A DNA stretch of 64,000 nt from assembly GCA_963668645.2 (NCBI GenBank), contig CAXXWC010000015.1:96001-160000 (forward strand). Direction: 5' to 3'. The notes under the pieces are model-generated. The model worked only from the letters and a program-made list of their open reading frames with translations, did not search any database and was not told where the DNA came from. Both the position numbers and the translations under genes were made by a program. Below are positions 1 through 10,825 of the stretch, piece after piece (the stretch's first letter is position 1; each line of letters opens with the position of its first letter). Source of the DNA: Desulfobacterales bacterium (GTDB taxonomy: Bacteria > Desulfobacterota > Desulfobacteria > Desulfobacterales > UBA2174).

Positions 1-757
1 TTTCAATTTCAGGGTCGGAGACCCCTTTTTGCTTCAATGCCATGGCCGTTTTGGGCACGGCAAGCGGATCCGAAGGCAGCCCGGAACAGTCGCTGTCCAC
101 CATCACCCGTTGGCACCCGTGTTCTTTGATGATGTCCGCAGCCCTCTCAGGCGTCATATTGCGCCAGGGCTGCACGCTGATGGCGGCCCATGCCCCGGCC
201 TCCAGCACCATGGCGATATTGGCGTCCGAACAGTGATCCACGATGACCTTGTCAAAGGGCAGGCCGTACTCTGCACACAGATCCAGCATCCTTTTCGTGT
301 TTTCCTTTTTTAACGCCGGTGCGTTGGGAACGTGAAAATCGACACGGACCCCCGTTTTGACGGCAATCTCCAACTGTTTCCGGACAAAGCCCTCCTGCTG
401 TTTGAGATCCTTGCAGGTGTCGGAATTGGGCTCTATTCCGATCTCGCCGATGGCCACCACCTCGGGACGGTTCAGATATTGCGGCAGCAGGTCGTAAAGG
501 GCGGCCGGATCGTTTCTCGGCGTGCTCACCATGCTGATGCCGATCATGGCATACGGTTGAATGAAATGCTCCTTGGCCCGGGCGAACTGCACATCGAAAA
601 GGTAATCCCACACATCCCGGATCGTCTCGCAGCTCACCGGCCTGCCGCCGGCCAGTTGCACCGGTGAGACCACCCGCCGGACCCCGGCCAGGTACATCTG
701 CTGTAAAGCGTTCCACGACAGTTCGTCGAGATGAGCGTGTGAATCGGTAAAATTCAT
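1..757 (-). CDS. TatD-family/TIM-barrel amidohydrolase (3' end runs off the window)
   Basis: Not in the ORF track because it has no stop in the window. Manual translation from ATG 757: MNFTDSHAHLD...VVAIGEIG...VDFHVP...VIVDH...VMVDSD, the TatD-like metal-ligand pattern. Confidence 0.85.
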   Translation of the reverse strand, partial: MNFTDSHAHLDELSWNALQQMYLAGVRRVVSPVQLAGGRPVSCETIRDVWDYLFDVQFARAKEHFIQPYAMIGISMVSTPRNDPAALYDLLPQYLNRPEVVAIGEIGIEPNSDTCKDLKQQEGFVRKQLEIAVKTGVRVDFHVPNAPALKKENTKRMLDLCAEYGLPFDKVIVDHCSDANIAMVLEAGAWAAISVQPWRNMTPERAADIIKEHGCQRVMVDSDCSGLPSDPLAVPKTAMALKQKGVSDPEIE

Positions 758-802
758 TTCTGCCTTGCCTCCCTGTGCTTTCGGGCTCCCCTTGCGGAGC
801 CG

Positions 803-825
803 TGGATCATGGATCATGGATCATG
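803..825. repeat. Short tandem repeat (TGGATCA)x3 at the 3' end of the Fe-S protein gene
   Basis: tggatca tggatca tggatca tg read directly. Confidence 0.9.
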
Positions 826-2019
826 CGGCGCTGACGGCTGCAGCGCCGCCCACAACACCTGGGCGATATCCCGGACCTCCATGCGCCGGCCCGGGCCCGT
901 GTCCCTGGCGGCGTTGCTCAGCATGGTCAGGCACCAGGGGCAGGCCGTCACCAGAATCCGGGCGCCGGTCTCCAGGGCCTGTTCGACCCGCATATCGGAT
1001 AATCGCCGTTCCTCTTCGATTTCGTCGAACATCCTGCCGCCCCCTCCGCCGCAGCAGAGGCTGTCCGGCCCGCAAAGGGGCATCTCGACGCGCCGCACAC
1101 CGGGAATGGCGTCGATCAGTTTGCGCGGCGGGTCGTAAATACCGTTGTGTTTGCCCAGATAGCAAGGATCATGGTAGGTCACGCAAAAATCCTGCTCCCC
1201 GGGCCACTCGGGAGACCGCGTGCTGAACAGGCGGTATAAAAATTCGGTGTAATGTACCACATCCACCGTCCGCGGCAGGTCCGGGTAATGATGGGCAAGG
1301 GCATGATAGCAATGCGGGGAGACCGTGACGATGGTTCGCACCCCGCTTTTTTTGATCTTTTCCCCGTTTTGCGCCACCACTTCCTGAAACAGGGCGGCAT
1401 CTCCCAGGAACCGGGCCGGATCCCCGCAGCAGCTTTCGTCTTCCAGCATGCCGAAATCGACGCCGAAGGCTTGCAGGATCCTGATGAGGCTGGTCACGGC
1501 ATCGCGAAGATCCGGATCATAGGCGGCGGCGCAGCCCACATAGAGCAGGACTTCGGCTTGGGCTTCGGGCAGGAAGAGGACGCCCAGGTCCCGGCACCAA
1601 GCCAGGCGTTTTTTCGACGGCTTGCCGTACGGGTTGCCAACCTTGAATATCTCCTCCAGGCATTTGCCCTGCCGCGGCAACGGCCCGATCTGTTTTTCAA
1701 CCAGCAGTTCGCGCCCGGCCATGATGGCGTCGAGCAGCAAGACCCCTGAGCTCATATCCTTGCAGGCGTTGACGCAGGCGTTGCAGGTCGTGCAGGCATA
1801 GACGATCCGGCGCAGGTCCCTGCCGGCCTCGGCATCGAATCGATTCCAGCGCAGCGCATAGCGCAGCGATTGGGTCATGCCGGACGGCCCCTGGGTCTGA
1901 AATCCCCGGCTTGATTGATAATTCGGGCAAACGGAAAAACAGAAATTACAGTTCCAGCATTTGTCGACCACCGCTTCGATCTTTTCTTCGATCGCCGCGA
2001 GATAAGCATCTTCCGCCAT
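814..2019 (-). CDS. (Fe-S)-binding protein, GlcF/HdrD-like, with CCG domains
   Basis: Two CxxCxxCxxxC ferredoxin motifs plus CCG-domain motifs (ESCCG, TYHDPC, SLCCGGGG, TACPWC). ATG 2019 follows an AGGGG RBS. Confidence 0.9.
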   Translation of the reverse strand: MAEDAYLAAIEEKIEAVVDKCWNCNFCFSVCPNYQSSRGFQTQGPSGMTQSLRYALRWNRFDAEAGRDLRRIVYACTTCNACVNACKDMSSGVLLLDAIMAGRELLVEKQIGPLPRQGKCLEEIFKVGNPYGKPSKKRLAWCRDLGVLFLPEAQAEVLLYVGCAAAYDPDLRDAVTSLIRILQAFGVDFGMLEDESCCGDPARFLGDAALFQEVVAQNGEKIKKSGVRTIVTVSPHCYHALAHHYPDLPRTVDVVHYTEFLYRLFSTRSPEWPGEQDFCVTYHDPCYLGKHNGIYDPPRKLIDAIPGVRRVEMPLCGPDSLCCGGGGGRMFDEIEEERRLSDMRVEQALETGARILVTACPWCLTMLSNAARDTGPGRRMEVRDIAQVLWAALQPSAPHDP

Positions 2020-2074
2020 ACGTTCCCCTATTCTCGTGAAATATTTCGGCGGCACGACTGCAACATCGCCGCCG

Positions 2075-3154
2075 TCATCGGTATCCTTCCAGGATGCCCG
2101 GATTCAAGATATTGTTGGGATCGACGTCCTTTTTAAAGGCTTTGACCAGGCTGAAGCCCGTTTCGCCGTATTTCTCCTTGAAAAACAGCGTGCGGTGGGC
2201 AAACTGGCCCCATTCCCCCGCCGCAGGTGTCATACTTGATGTTCAGCTCCATTTCCCTCCTGAACATCTCGTCCATGGCCTCCTCGAGCTGGCCCAGATT
2301 GCTGACCAACTCGGCCGAACTGAGCAGGCCATCGATCTGCTGGCGCAGATAGGACCCGATCACCTCCCGGGTGGTGACGATTTTGTGCCAGGTCGGCTCA
2401 TCCTCCACCAGCTGCATGGCGCTGGCCCCTCATCCGAAAATATCTCCAGCAGCCGGGCACTCTTTTCGGCGGCCCCCCGGGCACTGGCGCTGGCGGTTCC
2501 GAACATCACCACCACCACCCCCATGATGCCGTCACTGCCCACGAAGAACTTGGCCAGATCCGTGCCGGCGATGCGCCGCAGGCCCTTGGTACCGGTTTCA
2601 ATGATCCGGCCGTCCGGCAGCACGGCTTCCAGCCCGAGGATATAATCGGCAGGCTTGCCCATACAGACATCGATGATATGCCCGTTGGCTTTGTTGCAGA
2701 CCAGCCCCCCCATGGTGGCGACAACCCGGCTTCCCGGCTAGACCGGCAGGAAACAACCGACCCGCCCCAGGGCATCTCCCACCTTGGCCGCAGTGATACC
2801 GGCCTCGCATTCGAAATAGCCGTATTCCTGGTGAATGGTCAGCCGCTTCATGCGATGGGTATTGATGATGATCCCGGATCGATGCGGCCGCGATTGGCCG
2901 ATCAGCGAAGTACCCGCCCCCCGGATAAAGACCGGGACCCGTTCCCGGTTGGCAAGCTTGAGAATCCGGGAAATCTCCTGGCTGTTGGCCGGCATGGCAA
3001 CGGCATAGGGGAGCGTCGTCTCTTCTACGTGAAGCCCCAGCGGGGTCGTGGCGTTTTTCATCCCCTCGAAGGGACTGGGCGACACGTATCGGTCCGATAC
3101 GATTTTTCCCAGTTCAGCGACGAGAGCTTTACGATCCAAGGCATTCATTTCCAT
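2075..3154 (-). pseudogene. Disrupted FAD-binding oxidoreductase, paralog of 12146..13573
   Basis: Fragments align with the intact copy. Lesions: TAG at 2738-2740 where the paralog has Trp, deletions of about 67 and about 48 codons, and frameshifts near 2420 and 2217. Confidence 0.9.
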
Positions 3155-3424
3155 CAAGGCTGTTCCTCTCACAGGTAAACTTGCGGCCTGTCCATCCCTG
3201 TGCGCCGGCCGGGCAGGTGATCATCGGCGGGTTTTACCATCTGCGGTCTTTTTGGCGCGGACATCGCTACCATGCACCGGCAAATCGGGTGATATGCCTC
3301 ATGGCGTCTTTGAGCAGGTTCCGGTTTACGGTATGAGAGCAGCAAGCGGAACCTGCGCGACATAAGATACGCTTTTCTTCATCGTTTCCTCGATCCATCT
3401 TCCCGGCGTTGGCCAGTCCGCCCT

Positions 3425-3545
3425 TCAAAAAGGTCGGCGACCTCCCCTCTCCGCATAGAGAAAGGCTCCCGCCGCCATGACCTCGGGGGCCATCGATCCT
3501 ACAACAAATCTACCTTCTTTCATATAACGCTTCGCTATTGGGGCT
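3425..3545 (-). pseudogene. Remnant of a carbamate kinase C-terminus
   Basis: AKRYMKEGRFVVGSMAPEVMAAGAFLYAERGGRR resembles AEGYIAAGCFAQGSMGPKVEAAFQFVKGGGRR of the intact arcC. Confidence 0.6.
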
Positions 3546-4081
3546 GCGATGCTGAACATTTTTGCAGCCTCCCGCGGCCGGAGCGCCCGGCCAGGCCTTG
3601 AAAATACCCCTGAAAACCGCAATTCGCAGAAAAGGAAAACCGCCTGGGGTTGAATAATGCTATGCAGGAATGTATCAATGGTGTAACTATCCGGAATGCA
3701 GATGCTTTCTTATTCACCACGCCGGACTTGATCAAAGGTGAAGAGGAGGGCTGCGGTTCAGTTGCGCACAACATACCGCAAACACTAAAAAACTGATAAT
3801 TGACACGATGTTTGCCTGAATGAAATGGCCTGCGGGTTGGCCAATGGGATCTTTTTTCCCATGCCATACCCTGCCAGAGCCCCTTGCGGTGGATGCTCCC
3901 GGATGCAAGGCGACATGGCGATTGTAGGATCAACCAGGAGAAAACGCTGCGATGCCCTGCCAGACCCCACCCGAAAGCGTAGAGGTGAAACGGTTTCCTT
4001 TCCGCCCTGGATGAGGTGCTTTCGGAGTTGCCGCAAACAGCCATCCAACACTCACCCTAAGTCCTATAGTGGGAGGATCGC

Positions 4082-5281
4082 ATGGGAACAGAGGCCTACA
4101 TCAAACTGGAAGATACCCTCGGCGCCCATAACTACAAGCCGCTGGACGTGGTTCTGGCCAGGGGAGAGGGGGTCTGGGTCTGGGATGTGGAGGGACGCAA
4201 ATACCTCGATTGTCTCTCCGCCTACTCGGCCGTCAACCAGGGCCACTGCCATCCCAGAATCATGCAGGCCCTGGTGGACCAGGCCCGGAAGCTGACCCTC
4301 ACTTCGCGCGCGTTCAGGAACGATCAGCTCGGGGCCTTGTACCAGGAGCTTTGCGCCCTGACCCGGTCGCACAAGGTGCTGCCGATGAACAGCGGCGCCG
4401 AGGCGGTGGAGACCGCCATCAAGGTCGTGCGCAAATGGGGCTACGAGGTAAAGGGGGTCCCGCAAGACCAGGCGGAAATCATCGTTTGCGAGGACAATTT
4501 CCACGGCCGCACCATCACCATCGTCAGCTTCAGCACCGATCCGGGCGCCAGGACCGGCTTCGGTCCATTCACACCGGGATTCAAAACGGTCCCCTTCGGC
4601 GATGCCGGGGCTCTTGAAGCGGCCGTCACGCCCAATACGGTCGGCCTGCTCGTCGAACCGATCCAGGGCGAAGCCGGGGTCATCATTCCACCGGCAGGGT
4701 ATTTGAAACGGGCCCGGCAGATCTGCGATGCCCACAACCTGGTGATGATCCTCGACGAGATCCAGACCGGTTTGGGCCGCACCGGAAAACTGCTGGCCGA
4801 AGAGCACGAAGGCATCGAGGCCGATCTGACCCTGGTGGGCAAGGCGCTGTCCGGCGGATTTTACCCGGTATCGGCCGTTCTTTCGAACACCGAGGTGATG
4901 GGGGTGCTGCAACCGGGTGAGCACGGCTCGACCTTCGGCGGCAATCCCCTGGCTTGCGCCGTGGCCCGAGCGGCGCTTAAAGTGCTCGTGGAGGAAGGCA
5001 TGATCGAAAATGCCGCCGAGATGGGGGCCCTGCTGCTCGACGGTCTCAAGCAGATCCGCAACCCGCTGATCAAAGAGATCCGCGGCAAGGGGCTGCTGAT
5101 CGGGATGGAGTTTTACCCCGAAGCAGGAGACGCCCGCAGGTATTGTGAAGCGCTCAAAACAAGGGGACTGCTGTGCAAGGAGACCCACAAGCACACCATC
5201 CGTTTTGCACCACCGCTGGTGATCAAGCCGGCCGAAATCGAATGGGCCCTGGAGCAGGTACGACAGGTGATCGCGCAATGA
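4082..5281 (+). CDS. rocD: Ornithine--oxo-acid aminotransferase
   Basis: [56 protein letters not shown]. Confidence 0.95.
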   Translation: MGTEAYIKLEDTLGAHNYKPLDVVLARGEGVWVWDVEGRKYLDCLSAYSAVNQGHCHPRIMQALVDQARKLTLTSRAFRNDQLGALYQELCALTRSHKVLPMNSGAEAVETAIKVVRKWGYEVKGVPQDQAEIIVCEDNFHGRTITIVSFSTDPGARTGFGPFTPGFKTVPFGDAGALEAAVTPNTVGLLVEPIQGEAGVIIPPAGYLKRARQICDAHNLVMILDEIQTGLGRTGKLLAEEHEGIEADLTLVGKALSGGFYPVSAVLSNTEVMGVLQPGEHGSTFGGNPLACAVARAALKVLVEEGMIENAAEMGALLLDGLKQIRNPLIKEIRGKGLLIGMEFYPEAGDARRYCEALKTRGLLCKETHKHTIRFAPPLVIKPAEIEWALEQVRQVIAQ

Positions 5282-5386
5282 GCCAAGCGGCCGGCCGGTG
5301 AATAACGCGTATCGGCCTGCCAGGATACCCGCAACCGAATCCGAAAAGTGCAGTCTGAAGCTGCAAGTACGACAGGGAGCAACGTC

Positions 5387-6388
5387 ATGGCCTGTGATCT
5401 GAAAGGCAGAAGCTTTTTAAAACTGCTCGACTTCTCTGAGGAAGAGATCCTTTACCTGCTCGACCTGGCACGGTCGCTCAAGAAGGCTACGCGCGCCGGA
5501 ACCGAACAGCCGCGGCTCAGCGGAAAGAAGATCGCCCTGATTTTCGAGAAAAGCTCCACCCGCACCCGCTGCGCCTTCGAGACGGCCGCCTACGACCAGG
5601 GCGCCTATGTGACCTATCTCGGCCCCACCGGTTCCCAGATGGGGCACAAGGAGTCGCTGAAGGACACGGCCCGGGTTCTGGGCCGGATGTACGACGGCAT
5701 CGAGTACCGCGGTTTCGGCCAGGCGCGGGTGGAACTTCTGGCGCGCTATGCGGGCGTGCCGGTATGGAACGGTCTCACCGATGAATTTCATCCGACCCAG
5801 GTACTGGCCGACCTGATGACGATGATGGAACACTCAAGCCGCCCCCTGCGCGAGCTGAAGCTCGCCTATCTCGGCGATGGGCGCAATAACATGGGCCGTT
5901 CACTGATGATCGGCAGCGCAAAGACCGGGCTCGACTTCCGGCTGGTGAGCCCGGCGGCCCTGGCCCCCGATGCGGAAATAGTCGAGACGGCACGCCGGAT
6001 CGCCGCGGCCGGCGGCGGCAAGATCTGCGTGACGGACGATCTGGCCGAGGGGGTCTGCGACTGTGATTTCATCTATACCGATGTCTGGTTGTCGATGGGC
6101 GAGCCCGAGACGGTCTGGGCCGAACGCATCGAACTGCTCAAGGCCTATCAGGTCAACGAGCGGGTCATGGCCATGACCCGCAACCCGGATGTGAAATTCC
6201 TGCACTGCCTGCCCGCCTTTCACAACCGCGAGACCGGCATCGGCGAGAAGATGTACCAGGCCTTCGGGCTGGAGGCCATGGAAGTGACCGAGGCGGTGTT
6301 CGAGTCGGATGCCTCCGTGGTCTTCGACCAGGCTGAAAACCGGGTGCATACCATCAAGGCGGTCATGGTGGCCACCCTGGGAACCTGA
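5387..6388 (+). CDS. arcB: Ornithine carbamoyltransferase (probably catabolic)
   Basis: STRTR, HPTQ, DVWLSMG and FLHCLP motifs; in an operon with carbamate kinase. Confidence 0.93.
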   Translation: MACDLKGRSFLKLLDFSEEEILYLLDLARSLKKATRAGTEQPRLSGKKIALIFEKSSTRTRCAFETAAYDQGAYVTYLGPTGSQMGHKESLKDTARVLGRMYDGIEYRGFGQARVELLARYAGVPVWNGLTDEFHPTQVLADLMTMMEHSSRPLRELKLAYLGDGRNNMGRSLMIGSAKTGLDFRLVSPAALAPDAEIVETARRIAAAGGGKICVTDDLAEGVCDCDFIYTDVWLSMGEPETVWAERIELLKAYQVNERVMAMTRNPDVKFLHCLPAFHNRETGIGEKMYQAFGLEAMEVTEAVFESDASVVFDQAENRVHTIKAVMVATLGT

Positions 6389-6455
6389 GGCGCCCGGCAG
6401 GCAGGCCGGTGCATCGGGGGGATGAAAATCGCAGATTTCCGGCCGGAGTGGGAGA

Positions 6456-7772
6456 ATGATGGAAAAAGTGATCATCATGGGCGCCGCGGGGCGCGATTTT
6501 CACAATTTCAACGTCTATTTCCGGGACAACCCCCGCTACCGCGTGGTCGGGTTCACCGCCACCCAGATCCCCGACATCGATGGCCGAAAATATCCGGCCG
6601 CGCTTTGCGGATCCATGTATCCGCAAGGCCTTCCCATTTACCGGGACGACCGGCTGGCCGACCTGATCCGGGAGCACGGGGTGGATCTGGTGGCGTTTTC
6701 CTACAGCGACGTCTCCCACCTGGAGGTGATGCACAAGGCGTCCGTGGTGACGGCCGCCGGGGCGGATTTCATCATCATCGGCGCCTCCTATACCATGCTG
6801 ACTTCCAGCCGCCCGGTGATCTCCGTTTGTGCGGTGCGCACCGGGTGCGGCAAATCGCAGACCAGCCGCAAGGTGATCGAAATCCTGCAAGGCATGGGCA
6901 AGCGGGTCGTGGCGGTGAGACATCCGATGCCTTACGGGGATCTGACCCGGCAGGTGGTCCAGCGGTTTGCCGCTTATGAGGATTTCCAGCTTCACAACTG
7001 CACCATCGAAGAAAGAGAGGAGTATGAACCGGTAGTGGCCGCCGGAGCGGTGATCTACGCCGGGGTCGACTATGAGAAGATCCTGCGCGCCGCGGAGAAA
7101 GAAGCCGATGTCATCGTCTGGGACGGGGGCAACAACGACACCCCTTTTTATAAGCCGGACATCCACATCGTGGTCTTCGATCCGCACCGGGCCGGCCATG
7201 AAACCCGCTATCACCCGGGTGAGACCAATATGCTGCTGGCCGATATCGCCGTGGTCAACAAGGTCGACAGCGCCCAAAAGGAGAAGGTCGACCAGGTTTG
7301 TGAAACGATCCGGCGCCACAACCCCCGGGCACGGATCGTTCTGGCCGATTCGGCCGTGATCCCCGAAAACGAGCGGATCATCGCAGGCAAACGGGTGCTG
7401 GTGATCGAGGACGGCCCCACGCTGACCCACGGCGGCATGCGTTATGGAGCCGGCGTGATTGCCGCCAGACGCTTCGGCGCCGCCGCCCTGGTCGATCCGC
7501 GCCCCTATCTGGCGGGCAGTCTGAAAGAAACCTTCGCCAACTACCCGGAGATCGGTACGGTGCTGCCCGCCATGGGCTACAGCCCGCAACAGGTGGCCGA
7601 TCTTGAGACGACCATCAACGGCACGGATTGCGATCTGGTGCTGTCGGCCACGCCCATCGATCTGACCAAGCTGCTGCGGATCGAAAAGCCCGTCGTCCGG
7701 ATCCGCTATGAATACCGAGACAACGGCCAGCCGGATCTGCAAACGCTGATCAGGGAGCGTCTGGCGACCTGA
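6456..7772 (+). CDS. arcE: ArcE-type arginine synthetase (cyclic 2,3-diphosphoglycerate synthetase-like P-loop protein)
   Basis: GAAGRDFHNFN, AVRTGCGKSQ, RHPMPYG, TIEEREEYE, WDGGNND, EDGPTLTHGG; sits between OTC and carbamate kinase with no arcA. Confidence 0.8.
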   Translation: MMEKVIIMGAAGRDFHNFNVYFRDNPRYRVVGFTATQIPDIDGRKYPAALCGSMYPQGLPIYRDDRLADLIREHGVDLVAFSYSDVSHLEVMHKASVVTAAGADFIIIGASYTMLTSSRPVISVCAVRTGCGKSQTSRKVIEILQGMGKRVVAVRHPMPYGDLTRQVVQRFAAYEDFQLHNCTIEEREEYEPVVAAGAVIYAGVDYEKILRAAEKEADVIVWDGGNNDTPFYKPDIHIVVFDPHRAGHETRYHPGETNMLLADIAVVNKVDSAQKEKVDQVCETIRRHNPRARIVLADSAVIPENERIIAGKRVLVIEDGPTLTHGGMRYGAGVIAARRFGAAALVDPRPYLAGSLKETFANYPEIGTVLPAMGYSPQQVADLETTINGTDCDLVLSATPIDLTKLLRIEKPVVRIRYEYRDNGQPDLQTLIRERLAT

Positions 7773-7891
7773 GGACAGACCCCGGGCTTATCCGCTGAAC
7801 GCCGGGAACCTGGCCTTGCCGGCGATGGCCCCCGCAAGGCGCCGGCAACCCATGCCCGGCCGCCCGCTTGGGCCGGCAAGGAGGACGCGGC

Positions 7892-8827
7892 ATGCCGGAG
7901 CATTCAAAAACAGAGATCCTGCTGATCGCACTGGGCGGCAACGCAATGATCAAAAAAGGGCAGGACGGGACAATCGAACAGCAGTTCGCCAACCTGCGGC
8001 TCCCCGTGCGCCAGATCGCGAGGCTCTCCCAGCGCTACAAGATCATCATCACCCACGGCAACGGCCCCCAGGTCGGCAATCTGCTGCTCCAGCAGGAGGC
8101 CTGCAGCGCCGTGCCCAAGATGCCGCTGGAGATCCTGGTGGCCCAGACCGAGGGGCAGATCGGCTACATGATCGAGTCGACCCTGGACGAAGAGTTGATG
8201 CATCTGGGCATCGACCTCAGACCCCTGGTCAGCCTGATCACCTATGTGGTGGTCGACGAAAACGATCCGGCCTTCAACAGCCCCACCAAGCAGATCGGGC
8301 CGGGATTCAGCGCCGCGCAGGCAGCCAGCCTGCCGTACCCCACCGTGGCGACACCCAAAGGGTTCCGGCGCGTGGTCGCCTCGCCCAAGCCCCTGACCAT
8401 CGTCGAAAAGCGGGAGATCGAAAGGTTGATCGCCCTGGATTTCATCGTGATCTGCTGCGGCGGGGGCGGCATCCCGGTGGTGCGCAAGGGGCGTGCCTTC
8501 AACGGGGTGGACGCGGTGATCGACAAGGATCTGGCCAGTGCCTGCCTGGCACTGGAAACCGGGGTGGACACGATGATCATCGCAACGGACGTCGACGGGG
8601 TCATGCTCGGTTTCGGCACCCCGGCCCAGACCCTGATCCGCGAAATGCGCAGCACCGAGGCCGAAGGTTACATCGCGGCGGGCTGCTTTGCCCAAGGTTC
8701 CATGGGCCCGAAGGTCGAAGCGGCCTTTCAATTCGTCAAAGGCGGCGGCCGCCGGGCGGTTATCACCGCCATCGGAGCCATCGAAGCCGCCGTGGAAGGA
8801 TCGGCCGGCACCGTGTTTCTCAAATAA
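7892..8827 (+). CDS. arcC: Carbamate kinase
   Basis: ALGGNA, THGNGPQVG, RRVVASP, GGGGIPV, AVIDKD, GSMGPK; AGGAGG RBS. Confidence 0.95.
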   Translation: MPEHSKTEILLIALGGNAMIKKGQDGTIEQQFANLRLPVRQIARLSQRYKIIITHGNGPQVGNLLLQQEACSAVPKMPLEILVAQTEGQIGYMIESTLDEELMHLGIDLRPLVSLITYVVVDENDPAFNSPTKQIGPGFSAAQAASLPYPTVATPKGFRRVVASPKPLTIVEKREIERLIALDFIVICCGGGGIPVVRKGRAFNGVDAVIDKDLASACLALETGVDTMIIATDVDGVMLGFGTPAQTLIREMRSTEAEGYIAAGCFAQGSMGPKVEAAFQFVKGGGRRAVITAIGAIEAAVEGSAGTVFLK

Positions 8828-9131
8828 GGCCGGTCCCGTGAAAACAAAGGCCCCACCTTAGAAACTCGGGAGCGCCGGACTCCGAATGCAGAGTAAAGAC
8901 GCGCTTTCGAGCCGGTAGCGGCGTTCCGCGGCCAACCCTGATTCCCCAGCCATTTTTGTTTCATCGGGAACTGCTGGCGGCTGTGCTTTGGTAAAGACTT
9001 TTCATCCGTTTTTTGATAACAGACCCTTTTTGCCTCAGCCGAACCGGCTTTACGGGCGGCATCGGAAGGGGGTTCTTTATTCAAAATCTTGTTACTGGTC
9101 TAACGATAAACCTTAAAATGGGGAGAATGAG

Positions 9132-10196
9132 ATGAAGACAACGCGTACGGCATGTATCGTCACCGCCCTGCTGATTCTGGCCGCTTTCACCGCGATGCCG
9201 GCATGGGCAGACCAGGCACCGGTCAAGATTCGCATCGCTTCATGGGACCCGCCGCTGGTGCTCGACATGGAAAAGTGCAACGGCAATTTCGGCTCCTCAA
9301 ACTCCAAAGCCCAGATGTTCAAGACCGTCGTCGAAAAGAGTTCCCGCGGCCGCATCGAGGTGACCATCATTCCCAATGGGCAAATCGGCGGTGACAAGGA
9401 CGCTTTCGAGATGATGCAAAGCGGTGCCCTCGACATGAGTGCCTATCCGGCTTCCATTCTGGCCAACTTCGTGCCCGAGTGCCTCGTCTACCAGATCCCC
9501 TTTCTCTTCCGGGACCATACGGTGGCCAACCGGGTGATGAGCGGCCCGTTCGGCAATGAACTGAGCGCCCTGGTCCTGAAAAAGACCGGTGTGCGAATCT
9601 TTCGCTGGGGCACCGAGACCTTCATGAACTACATGACCTCGGGCGAACCGATCCGGGTACCGGCAGACCTCAAGGGCAAAAAGATCCGCACCCGAGAGCA
9701 GAACAACGATGTCGTGATGACCGAACTGCTCAGTGCGTCTTCCACGCCGATCCCCTACGGCGAGCTTTACATGGCGCTGCAGCAGGGGGTGGTGGACGGG
9801 GCCTACACCCTCATCCCCACCGTGGAGATGTTCAAGCTCGACCAGGGGCTCAAGTACATCTGCCAGGCGGACATCGTCTATCTGGTGGGCGTCATGGCCG
9901 CCAGCGAAAAGTTCTGGCAGAAGCTTTCGCCCGAAGACCGGATTCTGGTGGCAGACGCCGCCAACCAGGCTTCGGACTTCCATCGCGCCATGATGCTTTA
10001 CGGGGCCCACCTTTTCGGCGAAAGCCTCAAAAACAAGGGCGTGACGATCTATACCGTCACGCCCGAGGAACGCGCCCAGTGGCGTACGGCCATGCGTGAT
10101 CCGATGATCGAGTGGACGCGCAAGAAAATCGGCGACCAGTGGGTCGACAAGGCGCTGAAGGCCGTGGCCGATGTGGAAAAGCAACTTGTCGAGTAG
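9132..10196 (+). CDS. dctP: TRAP transporter substrate-binding protein
   Basis: Signal peptide ending AWA, DLKGKKIR, YGELYMALQQGVVDG. Confidence 0.9.
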   Translation: MKTTRTACIVTALLILAAFTAMPAWADQAPVKIRIASWDPPLVLDMEKCNGNFGSSNSKAQMFKTVVEKSSRGRIEVTIIPNGQIGGDKDAFEMMQSGALDMSAYPASILANFVPECLVYQIPFLFRDHTVANRVMSGPFGNELSALVLKKTGVRIFRWGTETFMNYMTSGEPIRVPADLKGKKIRTREQNNDVVMTELLSASSTPIPYGELYMALQQGVVDGAYTLIPTVEMFKLDQGLKYICQADIVYLVGVMAASEKFWQKLSPEDRILVADAANQASDFHRAMMLYGAHLFGESLKNKGVTIYTVTPEERAQWRTAMRDPMIEWTRKKIGDQWVDKALKAVADVEKQLVE

Positions 10197-10282
10197 CGCG
10201 GCCATCCGGCCTGGAGGATTACGGGAGACGGGCCCCCAGCGGCGCCCGTCCCCAGCGACGGTCTATCGGTCGCAGGTAGGTT

Positions 10283-10825
10283 ATGTGGAAAATCAATAAA
10301 GCGGTTCTGGCGCTGTGCCGGCTGGGGATGATCACCATCGTCCCGTCGATGACCATCATCGTCTTTGTCCAGGTGATCCTCAGGTACGGGTTTCATAATT
10401 CGCTCAGCTGGGTGGAGGAACTGGCCCGCTACATGCTGGTCTGGGTGACCTCCCTGGGCTCTGTTTACGCCAGCCAAAAAGGAATGCACGTCAGCGTGGA
10501 GGCCCTGCGTTCAAGGCTCAGCGGAAGCGCGCAGGTCGTCGTGGTGCTGGCGATTCACCTGGCGGTACTCTTCTTTTTCGCCATCGGCGCATGGCAGGGG
10601 GGAATTTACGCCGCCGGCGGATGGACCCAGCATTCGGCCAGTCTGGACATGCGCATGTTCTATGTCTACGCAGCGATCCCCGCAGCCTTCGGGCTGATGG
10701 TCCTGACCCAGGCCGAACGATTCGTGGTGGAAATCAAACAGGCGCTATCCGACCCGGCATGCCGGCGGCCGCAAGCGAAGGCCGCCGACATGTCGCCAAT
10801 TGATCATAGCGGTGGGCGGTCATGA
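10283..10825 (+). CDS. dctQ: TRAP transporter small permease
   Basis: Four TM segments, QVILRY, WVEELARY, GMHVSV. Confidence 0.9.
   Translation: MWKINKAVLALCRLGMITIVPSMTIIVFVQVILRYGFHNSLSWVEELARYMLVWVTSLGSVYASQKGMHVSVEALRSRLSGSAQVVVVLAIHLAVLFFFAIGAWQGGIYAAGGWTQHSASLDMRMFYVYAAIPAAFGLMVLTQAERFVVEIKQALSDPACRRPQAKAADMSPIDHSGGRS

Noticed and set aside
2738..2740. In-frame TAG as possible pyrrolysine or readthrough
   Set aside because: It replaces a Trp codon (TGG) of the paralog, and the gene has further deletions and frameshifts, so it is a nonsense mutation
3650..3720. Possible ARG boxes upstream of rocD
   Set aside because: TGAATA-N4-TATGCA and TGCTTTCTTATTCA deviate in spacing or sequence from the consensus; too weak to call
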